From NCBI GenBank assembly GCA_045641385.1, contig JAZUGV010000034.1, positions 11,229 through 75,228 of the forward strand: 64,000 nt of DNA, written 5' to 3'. This document shows positions 28,670 to 39,104 of the stretch, one piece after another. The notes under the pieces are model-generated. The model saw nothing but the letters and a program-made list of their open reading frames with translations, was not told the origin of the DNA and did no database searches. Every line of letters begins with the position of its first letter. The first letter of the stretch is position 1. The position numbers were made by a program, and so were the translations under genes. The DNA comes from Agathobacter sp. (GTDB lineage: Bacteria > Bacillota > Clostridia > Lachnospirales > Lachnospiraceae).

Positions 28670-31444
28670 TTAAAGCTTTGAAAACGCATCATAGGCAGAC
28701 ATAAAATCAGACATTTTAATCTTTTCCTCCACCTGGGAAACAATCTTGTCAAGAGCCTTCTGATTGTACTGCTTTCCTTTCGCGCGCGACAGGACCTCGA
28801 TCATCTTATCTCCATCGAGATCAAACATTGCACTCTCAAGATCCTTTTTCATCTCGCTCATCTGCTCAGCGCTTAATTCTTCCAGAGATGAAAGATCGAC
28901 CTCACTTGATTGCTCTGATGGCATTTCTTTCCCTGCACGTTTCATGAAATCCAAAATTAAAGCCTGATACATCTCATAAACTTCATCGTGGTTATCGCGA
29001 ATGTATGCAATATTATTCTCTTTTCCTGCCATCTCTAAGAGACGGGCTTTTTCAGAAAGAATATCTGCACCAATTGCCTTCATCGAGCTCTTGACCGCAT
29101 GAATCATAATGGTGTAATTGGTCCAGTCTTCCTTTTCGTAAACCTCTTTCAAAGGAAGGTAGTTCTGATCCCCTTTATTGGCGTAGACCTCGATAATCTC
29201 CTCAAAAGCTTCCGGTCCGCCACAATAGAGGTATCCATTTTCCTTATTTAGACTGCTATAGGTATAATTTCCATCCATAGATACATCATCCCCTGACACT
29301 TCAAATACGGTTACATGTCCTTCCGATTGATGATTGTTCTCGTCTTTTCCACCAGAAATCTGAGTACTCTGACTTTCATCGAGATAGACAATATTGTTTT
29401 GTGAAAGAATGCGAAGAAGCATTCTCTCTAATACAGATATTTCAACCGGTTTTTCAACAAAGTCATCAAAGCCTTCCGCCAGAAGCATCTCGCGTGCTCC
29501 AGCCACCGCGTTGGCTGTAAGAGCAACCACAGGAACCTTCTTGAAATAATCTCCACTCTTTTGGCGTAATCGATGAAGACATTCCACACCATCCATCTCT
29601 GGCATCATGTGATCCATGAACACAAAATCATACTTCTGTGACTCGATCATCTCAAGCGCTTCCGCTCCACTTAATGCCTGATCATAAGAAATCTGATACT
29701 TCTTAATCAGTCCTCCGATAACCTTGATATTCATCTCATTGTCATCTACCACAAGGACTTTGGTATTTGGTGCCACAAATCTTTCCGCACGCTTAATCAC
29801 ATTATCCATTGCCTTGACGGAAAGCTCGTTGTTGATTGCCTGTGCGATTGGCATAAGCTGGAATGGCTTAAAAATCTGATAGATATATGGATTTTGAATC
29901 TTATCAGACTGTTCATTATCCAGGATCACTACCAGCTTTAATTTTTGTGCAAGTGTATCAAAAAAGGCGCTATCTTCTAAATACTCGTTCAAGCTGATAA
30001 ACATATGCGTAAATGCGTTGTCTGACTGACGTCGTTTCAGCTCTGCTAAGTTTTTACAAACGCTAGTCTTAATCTTAAACTGACGCACCATCATGGAAAC
30101 AGAACGATGGTATTCCTCTCGCGTCTCTGGAATTAATTTTTCCATATCAAAGTAGATACATACATTCACTGCATCTGGATTCTTCACTGTGACGATTGGT
30201 CTTGAATCCACAACCTTCTGTGGTATTACAATGCGTATTTCTGTACCCTTCTCAAAGCCGCTGTATACAGAAATGGTTCCTCCCATCTTCTGAACAATGG
30301 CTCTTGTAATTGCAAGACCAAGTCCAATTCCACCTGCGGCACGCGTTCTTCCCGCATCTGCCTGATTGTAGGTTGAAAACAGCTTTTCAAGTTCCTCAGG
30401 CTTCATACCACGGCCAGTATCTCGAACTGCAAAGATCAGATTTATTCCGTACTCCTCTTCTCTATGGCTAATATCGATAACAACGCAGCCTCGCTCGGAA
30501 AACTTATATGCATTTCCAACGACATTCATAAGTGCACGGCGAATACGCTTTTCATCACCAATCAGACCTCTTGGAAGGTCCGCCTCATAATTCACCAAAA
30601 GATCAATTGGCTTGTTGCCACTCTGTGCAACCGACATATTTACTAAATCATTGATGGTCGATGAAATATTATAAGTTTCTTCTGCAAGAACGAAATCACC
30701 GTTTTCCAACTCAGAGAAATCTAAAATATCAGACACAACAAACATCAGGTTGCGGCCTGCAACGCAGATGTTATTTAACTCATCCTTGAGTCGTGTTGGG
30801 TCCTCCTCATTTAACAGAATATTACTTAATCCCGAAATGGTATTTACCGGTGTACGAATCTCATGACTCACATTCGCTAAAAAGTCATCCTTGCCCTTCT
30901 GGGCTTTTTGCATGACCACAAAGTTTTCTTCCAGTTTTTCGTGATTTCTGGCACGGACACGGTTGATGAAATATTGAATCAGACAGGTTACCAAAACATT
31001 AAACAGTACGATAATCATCTCTGAAACTTTTGCTGAATCCGCAAAATTTCGGTCCCAGATAAACAGCAGATAGCATCCATGCATCACTATTAATCCAATA
31101 ATGGAAAGAATTGAAGTGGAAGCATAACCGTAGATTGATAAAAGGACACTGATGGATACAAACGGAATCATACAGAAGGTTAATTCCTGTGTATACATAA
31201 TGTAAATCACAAAAACACTCTGCATCATCAGAGTCACAAGAATGACTCTGACCTTTAAATCCTTAAATTTTCCCAATACAATCGCCCACAGGATAAAGCA
31301 GCAGGTTAACATATACCCCGCCACCCAGGATGGGAACTTCTGATAAATTGAACTGACAAACAAAAAAATCAGGTGCAACGATATCACAAATGATACGCTG
31401 ACCTCCATAATTTTTTGCTGTTTATCCCAAATACTATTTTCCAT
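28670..31444 (-). CDS. Multi-TM hybrid sensor histidine kinase with pseudo-REC, REC and Hpt domains
   Basis: VSHEIRTP, NAYKF, DTGRGM, GIGLGL, VVDD..FMDHMMP, Hpt IHAVKSSMKAIGA. Start trimmed to ATG 31444 (GAGG RBS). Confidence 0.9.
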   Translation of the reverse strand: MENSIWDKQQKIMEVSVSFVISLHLIFLFVSSIYQKFPSWVAGYMLTCCFILWAIVLGKFKDLKVRVILVTLMMQSVFVIYIMYTQELTFCMIPFVSISVLLSIYGYASTSILSIIGLIVMHGCYLLFIWDRNFADSAKVSEMIIVLFNVLVTCLIQYFINRVRARNHEKLEENFVVMQKAQKGKDDFLANVSHEIRTPVNTISGLSNILLNEEDPTRLKDELNNICVAGRNLMFVVSDILDFSELENGDFVLAEETYNISSTINDLVNMSVAQSGNKPIDLLVNYEADLPRGLIGDEKRIRRALMNVVGNAYKFSERGCVVIDISHREEEYGINLIFAVRDTGRGMKPEELEKLFSTYNQADAGRTRAAGGIGLGLAITRAIVQKMGGTISVYSGFEKGTEIRIVIPQKVVDSRPIVTVKNPDAVNVCIYFDMEKLIPETREEYHRSVSMMVRQFKIKTSVCKNLAELKRRQSDNAFTHMFISLNEYLEDSAFFDTLAQKLKLVVILDNEQSDKIQNPYIYQIFKPFQLMPIAQAINNELSVKAMDNVIKRAERFVAPNTKVLVVDDNEMNIKVIGGLIKKYQISYDQALSGAEALEMIESQKYDFVFMDHMMPEMDGVECLHRLRQKSGDYFKKVPVVALTANAVAGAREMLLAEGFDDFVEKPVEISVLERMLLRILSQNNIVYLDESQSTQISGGKDENNHQSEGHVTVFEVSGDDVSMDGNYTYSSLNKENGYLYCGGPEAFEEIIEVYANKGDQNYLPLKEVYEKEDWTNYTIMIHAVKSSMKAIGADILSEKARLLEMAGKENNIAYIRDNHDEVYEMYQALILDFMKRAGKEMPSEQSSEVDLSSLEELSAEQMSEMKKDLESAMFDLDGDKMIEVLSRAKGKQYNQKALDKIVSQVEEKIKMSDFMSAYDAFSKL

Positions 31445-31505
31445 AATACTTACCTCTCTCATTTGCGGTACTTTCGCAATCCAGGAATGCTTTTCCAAAA
31501 TTGCG

Positions 31506-31542
31506 AAAATACCGCCTGACCCTGTCAATAGGGCCAGACGGT
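31506..31542 (-). terminator. Hairpin/terminator between the MCP and the hybrid kinase genes
   Basis: Minus strand ACCGTCTGGCCCT-ATTGAC-AGGGTCAGGCGGT followed by ATTTT. Confidence 0.6.
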
Positions 31543-31549
31543 GGTACTA

Positions 31550-33058
31550 CTAAAATTTGCCCATGTCATCACCAAGGGAAATTATTTTTTCTGCTTCATG
31601 TGAATCGAAATTTACTTCTCTCTCTGAAAAAGTAGGTGTAGGAGCTATATCCCCAATCTCTATGCGATCCGTTCCAACTGTCTCCACTGAATTTGGTGCA
31701 GCAACAGGTGCAACTGCCTTTTCCTGTCCCTCCACCTTGACTTCGTCGATCTCAATCTTTGGCTGACGATATTCAAAAGATGGCGCACTTACTTTTGTAG
31801 GCACGACAGTCTTTATTCCAAGCTGATATACAGAAAGAAGTTCCTGCATCTTTGACGCCTGATTTGAAAGTTCAATACTAGCTGCAGCACATTCCTCTGA
31901 TGTTGCTGAGTTTGTAGATACAACCTGCGATACCTGCTCTACTGCCTGGTCAATCTGAGCAATCGCCGTTGCCTGATAATTAGAAGCCTCTGCGATACCA
32001 CGAATGGTAACTTCTGCCTCACGGAACAGCTTTGCAATATGAGCAATGGAAGTTGCTGTATCATTTGCAATCGATGATCCTTTACCGACCTTATCAATCG
32101 AATCTTCAATCAGCTCAGCGGTCTCACTTGCTGCCTGCGCTGACTTTGCAGCGAGGTTACGCACCTCTTCTGCTACTACGGCAAAGCCCTTGCCAGCCTC
32201 GCCTGCTCTTGCAGCCTCAACCGCTGCATTTAATGCAAGAATATTGGTTTGGAAAGCAATGTCATCAATCACCTTAATGATTTTTCCAATGCTTTCAGAT
32301 GAATCATTGATTGCCTGCATTGCCTCCATCATGTCAGCCATGCGCTCGCTACCCTTATCCATCTCGCTGATTGCCTTCACGAACATATCAGCCGCATTGG
32401 TAGCCTCTGTTGCATTCTTCTTTGTCTTATCTGCAACATCGCCAATGGAAACTGTAATCTGCTCGATTGCACTTGCCTGCTCTGTCGAACCCTGTGCTAA
32501 TGCCTCAGATGCGCTTGATACCTCAAGTGCCGCTGTATTTACTTGCTGCGCCGCCTCAGAAATACCACTTAATGCAGACTTGTTTTTCATAACCATATTG
32601 CGAAGAGCATTGTTTAATGCATCTGCATCAGAACGGCTCTCTACATCGATGGTAAGATTACCTTCAGCTACTAAACGTGCCACCTCTGCCTGTGCTCGCA
32701 TGGTTTCTGCAACTGACTGAAACTCATTCATCAATGAGCCAAACTCATTGCGTCCCATATCAATCTGCTCGATATTCACATCTCCTGCAGCCAGCTGTTT
32801 TGCAGTTTCCTCAAGCTTTTGGAAAGAGAGACGAAAATTTCTGAGTAGTGCTGTAATCGAAATGATTAAGAAAATTGCAAGTACCACAAATAAAATTGCG
32901 GTAAAAATACCATATGCTCTCTGTCTTCTTGCAGGGTCACTTACTGTTGTAACTGTTTGAACAGTGGAATAGCCCGCATACAACAGGAATACGATAATCA
33001 CTTCTACAATAGTAAACATTCCCAATATACGATATTTCATTTTGATGTTTTTCATCAC
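31550..33058 (-). CDS. Methyl-accepting chemotaxis protein (2 TM, no extracellular ligand domain, HAMP + MA domain)
   Basis: [34 protein letters not shown] hairpin tip. C-terminal tail ends [10 protein letters not shown]. Confidence 0.95.
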   Translation of the reverse strand: MMKNIKMKYRILGMFTIVEVIIVFLLYAGYSTVQTVTTVSDPARRQRAYGIFTAILFVVLAIFLIISITALLRNFRLSFQKLEETAKQLAAGDVNIEQIDMGRNEFGSLMNEFQSVAETMRAQAEVARLVAEGNLTIDVESRSDADALNNALRNMVMKNKSALSGISEAAQQVNTAALEVSSASEALAQGSTEQASAIEQITVSIGDVADKTKKNATEATNAADMFVKAISEMDKGSERMADMMEAMQAINDSSESIGKIIKVIDDIAFQTNILALNAAVEAARAGEAGKGFAVVAEEVRNLAAKSAQAASETAELIEDSIDKVGKGSSIANDTATSIAHIAKLFREAEVTIRGIAEASNYQATAIAQIDQAVEQVSQVVSTNSATSEECAAASIELSNQASKMQELLSVYQLGIKTVVPTKVSAPSFEYRQPKIEIDEVKVEGQEKAVAPVAAPNSVETVGTDRIEIGDIAPTPTFSEREVNFDSHEAEKIISLGDDMGKF

Positions 33059-33574
33059 TTACTCCTCCTCATCCGCGTTTGATAAAGAAAGCTCTGTCGA
33101 ATCCATATCCCCCAATTCTGTATCATTTAACAGCTTATCTGGATCCAGCAAAAGTTTAACCTCGTCACCTAATTTTCCGATTGCATAAACATATTTATTG
33201 TTTGAGCGGTCAGCCTTTCCAATCGATGGTGAAGGAAGAATATTTTCGTCAGAAAGTTCTACAACCTCTGCAATTTTTTCAACGATCAGACCAACAGTGT
33301 GCTCCTTGTAGTTGATAACTATGATACAGGTGCGATCTGTATATTCAAATGGCTCCTGTTTAAAACGAATTCTGACATCGATGACTGGAATAATCTTTCC
33401 ACGAAGATTGATTAATCCTTTAATGTAATCTTCGCTCTCTGGGATTTCTGTAATATCCTGATATCCAATAATTTCATTCACATAGTCAATTTTTAAGCCA
33501 TAAGTTTCGTTCCCTGACTTAAAGGTCACAAACTTGGTCAATTGAAGTTGTGTTGTTGTAATTTCATCCATCAT
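33059..33574 (-). CDS. cheW: Chemotaxis coupling protein CheW
   Basis: YGLKIDYVNEII, GLINLRGKIIPVID, VGLIVE. Confidence 0.95.
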   Translation of the reverse strand: MMDEITTTQLQLTKFVTFKSGNETYGLKIDYVNEIIGYQDITEIPESEDYIKGLINLRGKIIPVIDVRIRFKQEPFEYTDRTCIIVINYKEHTVGLIVEKIAEVVELSDENILPSPSIGKADRSNNKYVYAIGKLGDEVKLLLDPDKLLNDTELGDMDSTELSLSNADEEE

Positions 33575-33590
33575 TTTTGCTTCACCCCTT

Positions 33591-35714
33591 CTATTCAATC
33601 AGGTTCGCTGCATCTAAAATCAATGCGATACTTCCATCTCCTAACTGTGTACATCCAGTAAGTCCTTTTACCTTCTTTACATAATCAGGAATTGGTTTAA
33701 CTACAATTTCCTGCTTGCCAACCAGTCTGTCTACAAACAGACATAAAGCCTGCTTATCGACCTCTACAATGACCATCATTCCATCTGCAACCTCGGTTGC
33801 ATAGTCATTTAGATGATACCAGTCGCCTACGCGAAGCACCGGATAAATATCTCCACGAATCATCACGCTTTCCGTTCCGTCTGGCTCGCGAATCATCATA
33901 TCCTCAGAGACACTGACAAACTCTTTTACAGAGCCGGTTTCAATGACAAAGGACGTATTTGCAACCTCCATCACAATACCATCGATGATGGCCAATGTCA
34001 GAGGAATCTTTAAGGTCATTGTACTTCCAACGCCCTGCATGCTCTCGATTTCAAGAGAGCCTCCAACCTTCTGAAGGTTTGATACAACAACGTCCATACC
34101 AACGCCTCGTCCAGAAAGTTCTGTAACCTTTTCGTTGGTAGAAAAACCAGGAAGTGTAATAAACTGATAAACTTCCTTATCAGAGTATGCGCTGTCCGGC
34201 TTATTTGGGTCGATAATTCCCTGTTTTCTTGCCTTTGCAAGAATTTTCTGACGGTCAAGACCACCGCCATTGTCAGATACGGAAATCCATACCTTACCTG
34301 ACTCGTTCTTTGCAGATAAGGTAACGCGACCTTTTTCGCGCTTTCCTGCCTTCTCACGCTCTTCCTTTGACTCGATTCCGTGGTCAACAGAATTACGAAC
34401 CAGATGCATAAGTGGATCAGAAATATGCTCGATAATATTCTTATCTACTTCAGTGGTATCACCAATGGTTTCAAACTCAATTTCTTTTCCAAGCTTTCTT
34501 GAACTGTCAAATACGATACGGTTCATCTTCTGGAAGGTCGCCGTCAGAGGAACCATTCGCATGCTCATGATGACATTCTGCAAATCGGTTGAGATTTTTG
34601 TCATCTGTGCAGCTGCCTTGTTAAAGTTATCGAGATACAGGCCCTCCACCTTCAAATCCTGATTCTGTAAAACTACAGACTCAGAAATTACGAGCTCACC
34701 AATCAAATCCATCAGCTGATCCATCTTGCTGATGTCAACAGAGATAAACTGTGTTTTTTCAGCCTTCTTTGGCTTATCTTTCACAAGTTTCTTTGGCTGG
34801 CTTGCTGATTTATTGTCTGAGGCAATAACGAAATCACCCGGAGCAATGGCTGGAGATTCCTTCTCCCCTGCCTTTTTCTCAATCTCCTCAACTGGTGAAG
34901 CCAAATCAATGACCAAATCGTTGCCAGTACCTTCAAATCCAAGCTGATAATCAGACTGTGTACATTCAAAGATATCAACCTTATCGATATCATAACCAGG
35001 CTGAATTAAAGTGCTTAAGGTTTCTTTTGATTTTTTTGTTTTCAACAAAATCTGGAAACCATTTTTGATAATTTCCTCTGCACTATCTGGATTAGTCATG
35101 ATATCATCCGGATAATACATGATTTCATTTGCATGCTCCTTTAATGAAAAGACAAGCTTATAAGCGTGAACGTTTGCAAGCTCAATATTCTCATTGTAGG
35201 AAACATAAATCTTGAAATAGTTGTCGTCGCCTGATGCTGCAGGCGCAATATAGAAGTTGGTTGGAGCTACATGAACATTCTCCTTAACCGCCTTTTTTGT
35301 ACTTTTCCCTTTGATTTTATCCAGGAATTCCTCAATGGTCTTTACTAACTCAGATGAATCACCATCTGGCTGGTCCCCATCGGAAAGCTTGTCAAATTCC
35401 CCAGCGACAAAATCTGCCACATCTAAGACAAGCTCAACTAATTCCATATGTGGTACATTCTTTGGATGAGATTCTCTGATAAAGAAGAATACATCCTCCA
35501 GACGATGCGCTACTGTCGTAATATCATCAAACATCATGATTCCGGAAGAACCCTTGATGGTATGCATCGTTCTAAAAATTTCATTGATGCTGTCCTCATC
35601 AAAGGCATCAGCATCCTTCTGCTCGAGAACGGTATCCTGTAGCTGCTCTAATAGCTGTGTATTTTCATAAAGATACACATCGAGCATATCTCCAGTATTA
35701 AAATCCTCTGCCAT
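33591..35714 (-). CDS. cheA: Chemotaxis histidine kinase CheA
   Basis: P1 FRTMHTIKGSS, LMDLIGELVI, HLVRNSVDHGIE, SGRGVGMDVV, C-terminal CheW-like P5. Confidence 0.97.
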   Translation of the reverse strand: MAEDFNTGDMLDVYLYENTQLLEQLQDTVLEQKDADAFDEDSINEIFRTMHTIKGSSGIMMFDDITTVAHRLEDVFFFIRESHPKNVPHMELVELVLDVADFVAGEFDKLSDGDQPDGDSSELVKTIEEFLDKIKGKSTKKAVKENVHVAPTNFYIAPAASGDDNYFKIYVSYNENIELANVHAYKLVFSLKEHANEIMYYPDDIMTNPDSAEEIIKNGFQILLKTKKSKETLSTLIQPGYDIDKVDIFECTQSDYQLGFEGTGNDLVIDLASPVEEIEKKAGEKESPAIAPGDFVIASDNKSASQPKKLVKDKPKKAEKTQFISVDISKMDQLMDLIGELVISESVVLQNQDLKVEGLYLDNFNKAAAQMTKISTDLQNVIMSMRMVPLTATFQKMNRIVFDSSRKLGKEIEFETIGDTTEVDKNIIEHISDPLMHLVRNSVDHGIESKEEREKAGKREKGRVTLSAKNESGKVWISVSDNGGGLDRQKILAKARKQGIIDPNKPDSAYSDKEVYQFITLPGFSTNEKVTELSGRGVGMDVVVSNLQKVGGSLEIESMQGVGSTMTLKIPLTLAIIDGIVMEVANTSFVIETGSVKEFVSVSEDMMIREPDGTESVMIRGDIYPVLRVGDWYHLNDYATEVADGMMVIVEVDKQALCLFVDRLVGKQEIVVKPIPDYVKKVKGLTGCTQLGDGSIALILDAANLIE

Positions 35715-35762
35715 ACTCCCCTACTCCTTTCTATTCTAATCAAGCTTTTGGATAAATCCGCT

Positions 35763-36155
35763 CTAGATTAAACCAATTTTCTTTAATGCCTGCTCGAATT
35801 TATCCTGGTCGATTGGCTTTCCAGAATAGATGGTGCAGCCTAATTCAAAGGCCATCTTCACATTCTTTTCATCATTTAATGCGGTAGTCATGATTACCTT
35901 AGCCCCATCCTCTAAAGCAATGCCATGATCCTTCTCAAGATTACGAATTCCCATAAGAGCCTGATATCCATCCATAACTGGCATCATGATATCGAGACAT
36001 ACCAAATCATATGGTGCATCCTCTTCTAATGCCATCATAAAAGCGTCAACTGCTTCCATTCCGTCTACAGTAACATCACACTCACCATACTTTGATAAGA
36101 AATTTGTCATAAATTTACGTGTTACAAAATCGTCCTCTGCTAATAAGATTTTCAT
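35763..36155 (-). CDS. Single-domain response regulator (CheY-like)
   Basis: LAEDD, CLDIMMP, IMTTA, GKP. Confidence 0.9.
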   Translation of the reverse strand: MKILLAEDDFVTRKFMTNFLSKYGECDVTVDGMEAVDAFMMALEEDAPYDLVCLDIMMPVMDGYQALMGIRNLEKDHGIALEDGAKVIMTTALNDEKNVKMAFELGCTIYSGKPIDQDKFEQALKKIGLI

Positions 36156-36168
36156 ACTTTCTTCTCCT

Positions 36169-37197
36169 TTACATCTTATTAATAACCTGATAGGTTTTTC
36201 TTGCTACATCTTCTAGTTTCACCTGGTATTCAACAGCCCCCAGTTCATAGGCCACCTTCGGCATACCATAAACCACACAGCTGTCTTCATCTTCACCAAT
36301 GGTATGTGCCCCAGCCTTTCTCATATTTAAAAGACCTTTTGCACCATCTCCACCCATTCCGGTGAGAATAATTCCTACTGCCCGATCCTTTGCAACCTTT
36401 GCAACGGAATTAAACAGCACGTCCACGGATGGACAATGACCATTTACCTTTGGTCCTTTTTTGATTGTAACCTGGAATTCATCGCCACTGCGGATTAATT
36501 CCATATGAGCATCGCCACCTGGGGCAATGAGTACCTGCCCTGGTTTGACGTAGTCTCCATTTTTCGCTTCTTTCACCAACACTCTGCACTGATCATTCAG
36601 ACGATTGGCATACATCTCTGTAAATCCAGGAGGCATGTGCTGAACAATGACGGTTCCTGGTATGTCCGGTCCAAACTCTTTGATTACCGAAGCAATCGCC
36701 TGCGTACCTCCTGTGGAAGCGCCTATGGCAACGATGATATCCTGCTTTTCCCGCGCAAGTTTTACATCGGTTGCCGTTTGTAAACTCTTTTTGATATTTC
36801 CGATTTTAGCGACTGATGCCACCTTAATCTTGACAGGAAGTTCTCTTGAAATGAACTCCTCTAATTCTACACGGTCTGTCGCCTTTGGTTTTGCAACAAA
36901 TTCTACTGCTCCGGCCTTCATTGCATCAAAAACCTTATCACTCAATGCCGAAATCACAACCACCGGCATTGGATACTGTGGCATAAGCTTTCGTAAAAAC
37001 TCCAATCCATCCATTCTTGGAAGTTCAATATCGAGAGTCATTACATCTGGCTTTAATGCAACGATTGCATCTCTGGCTTCAAATGCATTTTGGGCCGTCC
37101 CCACAATCTCAATTGCCGGATCCTTACTTAAATTCCGCACCAATAGCTCGCGAAAAACCAGCGAATCGTCGACAATTAGTACCCTGATTTTCCTCAT
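36169..37197 (-). CDS. cheB: Chemotaxis methylesterase CheB
   Basis: REC + GASTGG, QHMP, PSVDVLF, LTGMGGDG, VYGMP. Confidence 0.97.
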   Translation of the reverse strand: MRKIRVLIVDDSLVFRELLVRNLSKDPAIEIVGTAQNAFEARDAIVALKPDVMTLDIELPRMDGLEFLRKLMPQYPMPVVVISALSDKVFDAMKAGAVEFVAKPKATDRVELEEFISRELPVKIKVASVAKIGNIKKSLQTATDVKLAREKQDIIVAIGASTGGTQAIASVIKEFGPDIPGTVIVQHMPPGFTEMYANRLNDQCRVLVKEAKNGDYVKPGQVLIAPGGDAHMELIRSGDEFQVTIKKGPKVNGHCPSVDVLFNSVAKVAKDRAVGIILTGMGGDGAKGLLNMRKAGAHTIGEDEDSCVVYGMPKVAYELGAVEYQVKLEDVARKTYQVINKM

Positions 37198-37206
37198 GTC
37201 CCCTCA

Positions 37207-38019
37207 CTACCTTTTCACCTTACGGAAGATTGATGGCTCCACCATCTCAAATGGAACCGCCTCCCTGTCTACTGTTTCCGTTTTACCTACAATTAGATAT
37301 CCCCCATCCTCTAATGCATCATAAATGCGGGCTACAAGGTCATTTTTTGTTTTCTGATCAAAATAGATCATTACATTTCGAAGCAATACCACATGAAGCG
37401 GATTCTTAAATGGAAGACGATCCATCAAATTGAACTGTCGAAACATAATCTGTTTCTTGATGTCGTCCGTCATCTCATACAAATCAGTTCCCAACACCTG
37501 ATGCATGTATCTTCTTCTCCAGCTTTCAGGTACATCTTCGATTTGCTCTCCTGTATATAGGCCCCTCTGTGCCTTCTGTAATACCTCTGTCGAAATATCC
37601 GTTGCCAGTATGGTCGTATCCCAGTTTACAATGTCAAAGCCAAAGAAATCATTGACTAACATTGCAAGCATATATGGTTCTTCGCCAGTCGATGAAGCTC
37701 CGCACCAGATTCTGATATCATGCGTATCTGCCTCTTTTTTGCGAAGTTCTGGCAAAATTGTTTGTTTTAAAAAATCAAAATGTTCGAACTCCCTCATAAA
37801 GAAGGTATGGTTCGTTGTCATAAAGTCTACCAGCGTCTTTTCCATGCGGCCGGTAATGTCCGATTCTACAGCATCCATATACTCTGTATAGGTTCGATAG
37901 CCATTTTGAGAAAGATAGTTGTCCAACCGTCCAACGATAATCTCCTTTTTGCGGCTCAAATCTATGCCGTAGCGACGCTTGATATGCTTATAAATTCGCT
38001 CAAATTCCTGATCAGTCAA
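37207..38019 (-). CDS. cheR: Chemotaxis methyltransferase CheR
   Basis: TTNHTFFMRE, SSTGEEPY, ATDIS, RNVMIYF. TTG start after GGAGG. Confidence 0.96.
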   Translation of the reverse strand: MTDQEFERIYKHIKRRYGIDLSRKKEIIVGRLDNYLSQNGYRTYTEYMDAVESDITGRMEKTLVDFMTTNHTFFMREFEHFDFLKQTILPELRKKEADTHDIRIWCGASSTGEEPYMLAMLVNDFFGFDIVNWDTTILATDISTEVLQKAQRGLYTGEQIEDVPESWRRRYMHQVLGTDLYEMTDDIKKQIMFRQFNLMDRLPFKNPLHVVLLRNVMIYFDQKTKNDLVARIYDALEDGGYLIVGKTETVDREAVPFEMVEPSIFRKVKR

Positions 38020-38030
38020 GTATATGCCTC

Positions 38031-39104
38031 CTAGACAAACTGTCTATAAATTTTCTTTACAACCTTATAGATATTCGGATTAAACTTGCTGTCAGCATCT
38101 ACATCCATAATCGCAATTGCCTCGTCAATAGAGTAGGCATCTCGGTAACTACGATCTTCTGTCAACGCACAAAATTCACCGACAATCGCTACAATCTGTG
38201 CGGACAATGGAATCTGGTCGCCCTTCTTTTGTGCTGGATAGCCTGATCCATCGTAGTTCTCATGATGATAGTGTGCAATTTCCTTTGACATATGAATAAA
38301 GCTGTTAAATTCGCCATTTCCCTCAATGTCGCGAAGAATTCTTGCGCCAAGGCTGGTATGGCTCTTTACAATTTGAATTTCATCTTCTGTCAGGGCATCC
38401 TGCTTCTGCAATAAGGACGAAGGAATCGATACGTTGCCCAAATCACAAAGAGGTGCAGAAAGCTCGATGGTATCAATGTAGGAATCTGATATTTCATTTT
38501 CAAACAGTGGCGAAAGCTGAAGTGCTTCTGCGAGAATTCTGCAATTTCTGCTCAGACGCTCCATATGTGTCTCGTCATAATTTGCATTCTCACGTGCCAC
38601 GCGGATTAATGCGTACAAAACATTCTTCTTTTCTTTTTCATTCTGTACCACCTGCTCTGTCACGGAACTCTGAAGTCTTCTGGTGAGTTCCTGAAGCTCT
38701 CTTCCAGACTCAACTGCCTTAAGGTGTACAGCAACTCTTGCCTTAACAACCTCTGGAATAAATGGCTTTGTCACATAATCAGCTCCACCGATTTCAAAGC
38801 CTTTTACAATATCAGCCGGGTCATCATAAGCCGAGATAAAAATCACTGGAATTTCACGAGTTCGAGGATCCTCCTTTAAAATTTTACAAAACTCGTGTCC
38901 ATTCATAACAGGCATTGCAACATCTGAAATTATGAGGGAAAGTGGAAAACGCTCAACAATCTTTAGGGCCTGTTCTCCATTCTCCGTCAAAATTGGCTTA
39001 TATCCCATTTCTGAAATGATGTCACGAAGTGCAAAACGATTTGTCTCAACATCATCCACAATCAGGATATTTGTCGAATTTGTATCTGCCATTTTAACTA
39101 CCAT
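38031..39104 (-). CDS. REC-HD-GYP protein with degenerate metal-binding motifs
   Basis: Intact REC; HHENYDGSGYP present but HD reads PLCDLGN. Start may be ATG 39092. Confidence 0.85.
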   Translation of the reverse strand: MVVKMADTNSTNILIVDDVETNRFALRDIISEMGYKPILTENGEQALKIVERFPLSLIISDVAMPVMNGHEFCKILKEDPRTREIPVIFISAYDDPADIVKGFEIGGADYVTKPFIPEVVKARVAVHLKAVESGRELQELTRRLQSSVTEQVVQNEKEKKNVLYALIRVARENANYDETHMERLSRNCRILAEALQLSPLFENEISDSYIDTIELSAPLCDLGNVSIPSSLLQKQDALTEDEIQIVKSHTSLGARILRDIEGNGEFNSFIHMSKEIAHYHHENYDGSGYPAQKKGDQIPLSAQIVAIVGEFCALTEDRSYRDAYSIDEAIAIMDVDADSKFNPNIYKVVKKIYRQFV

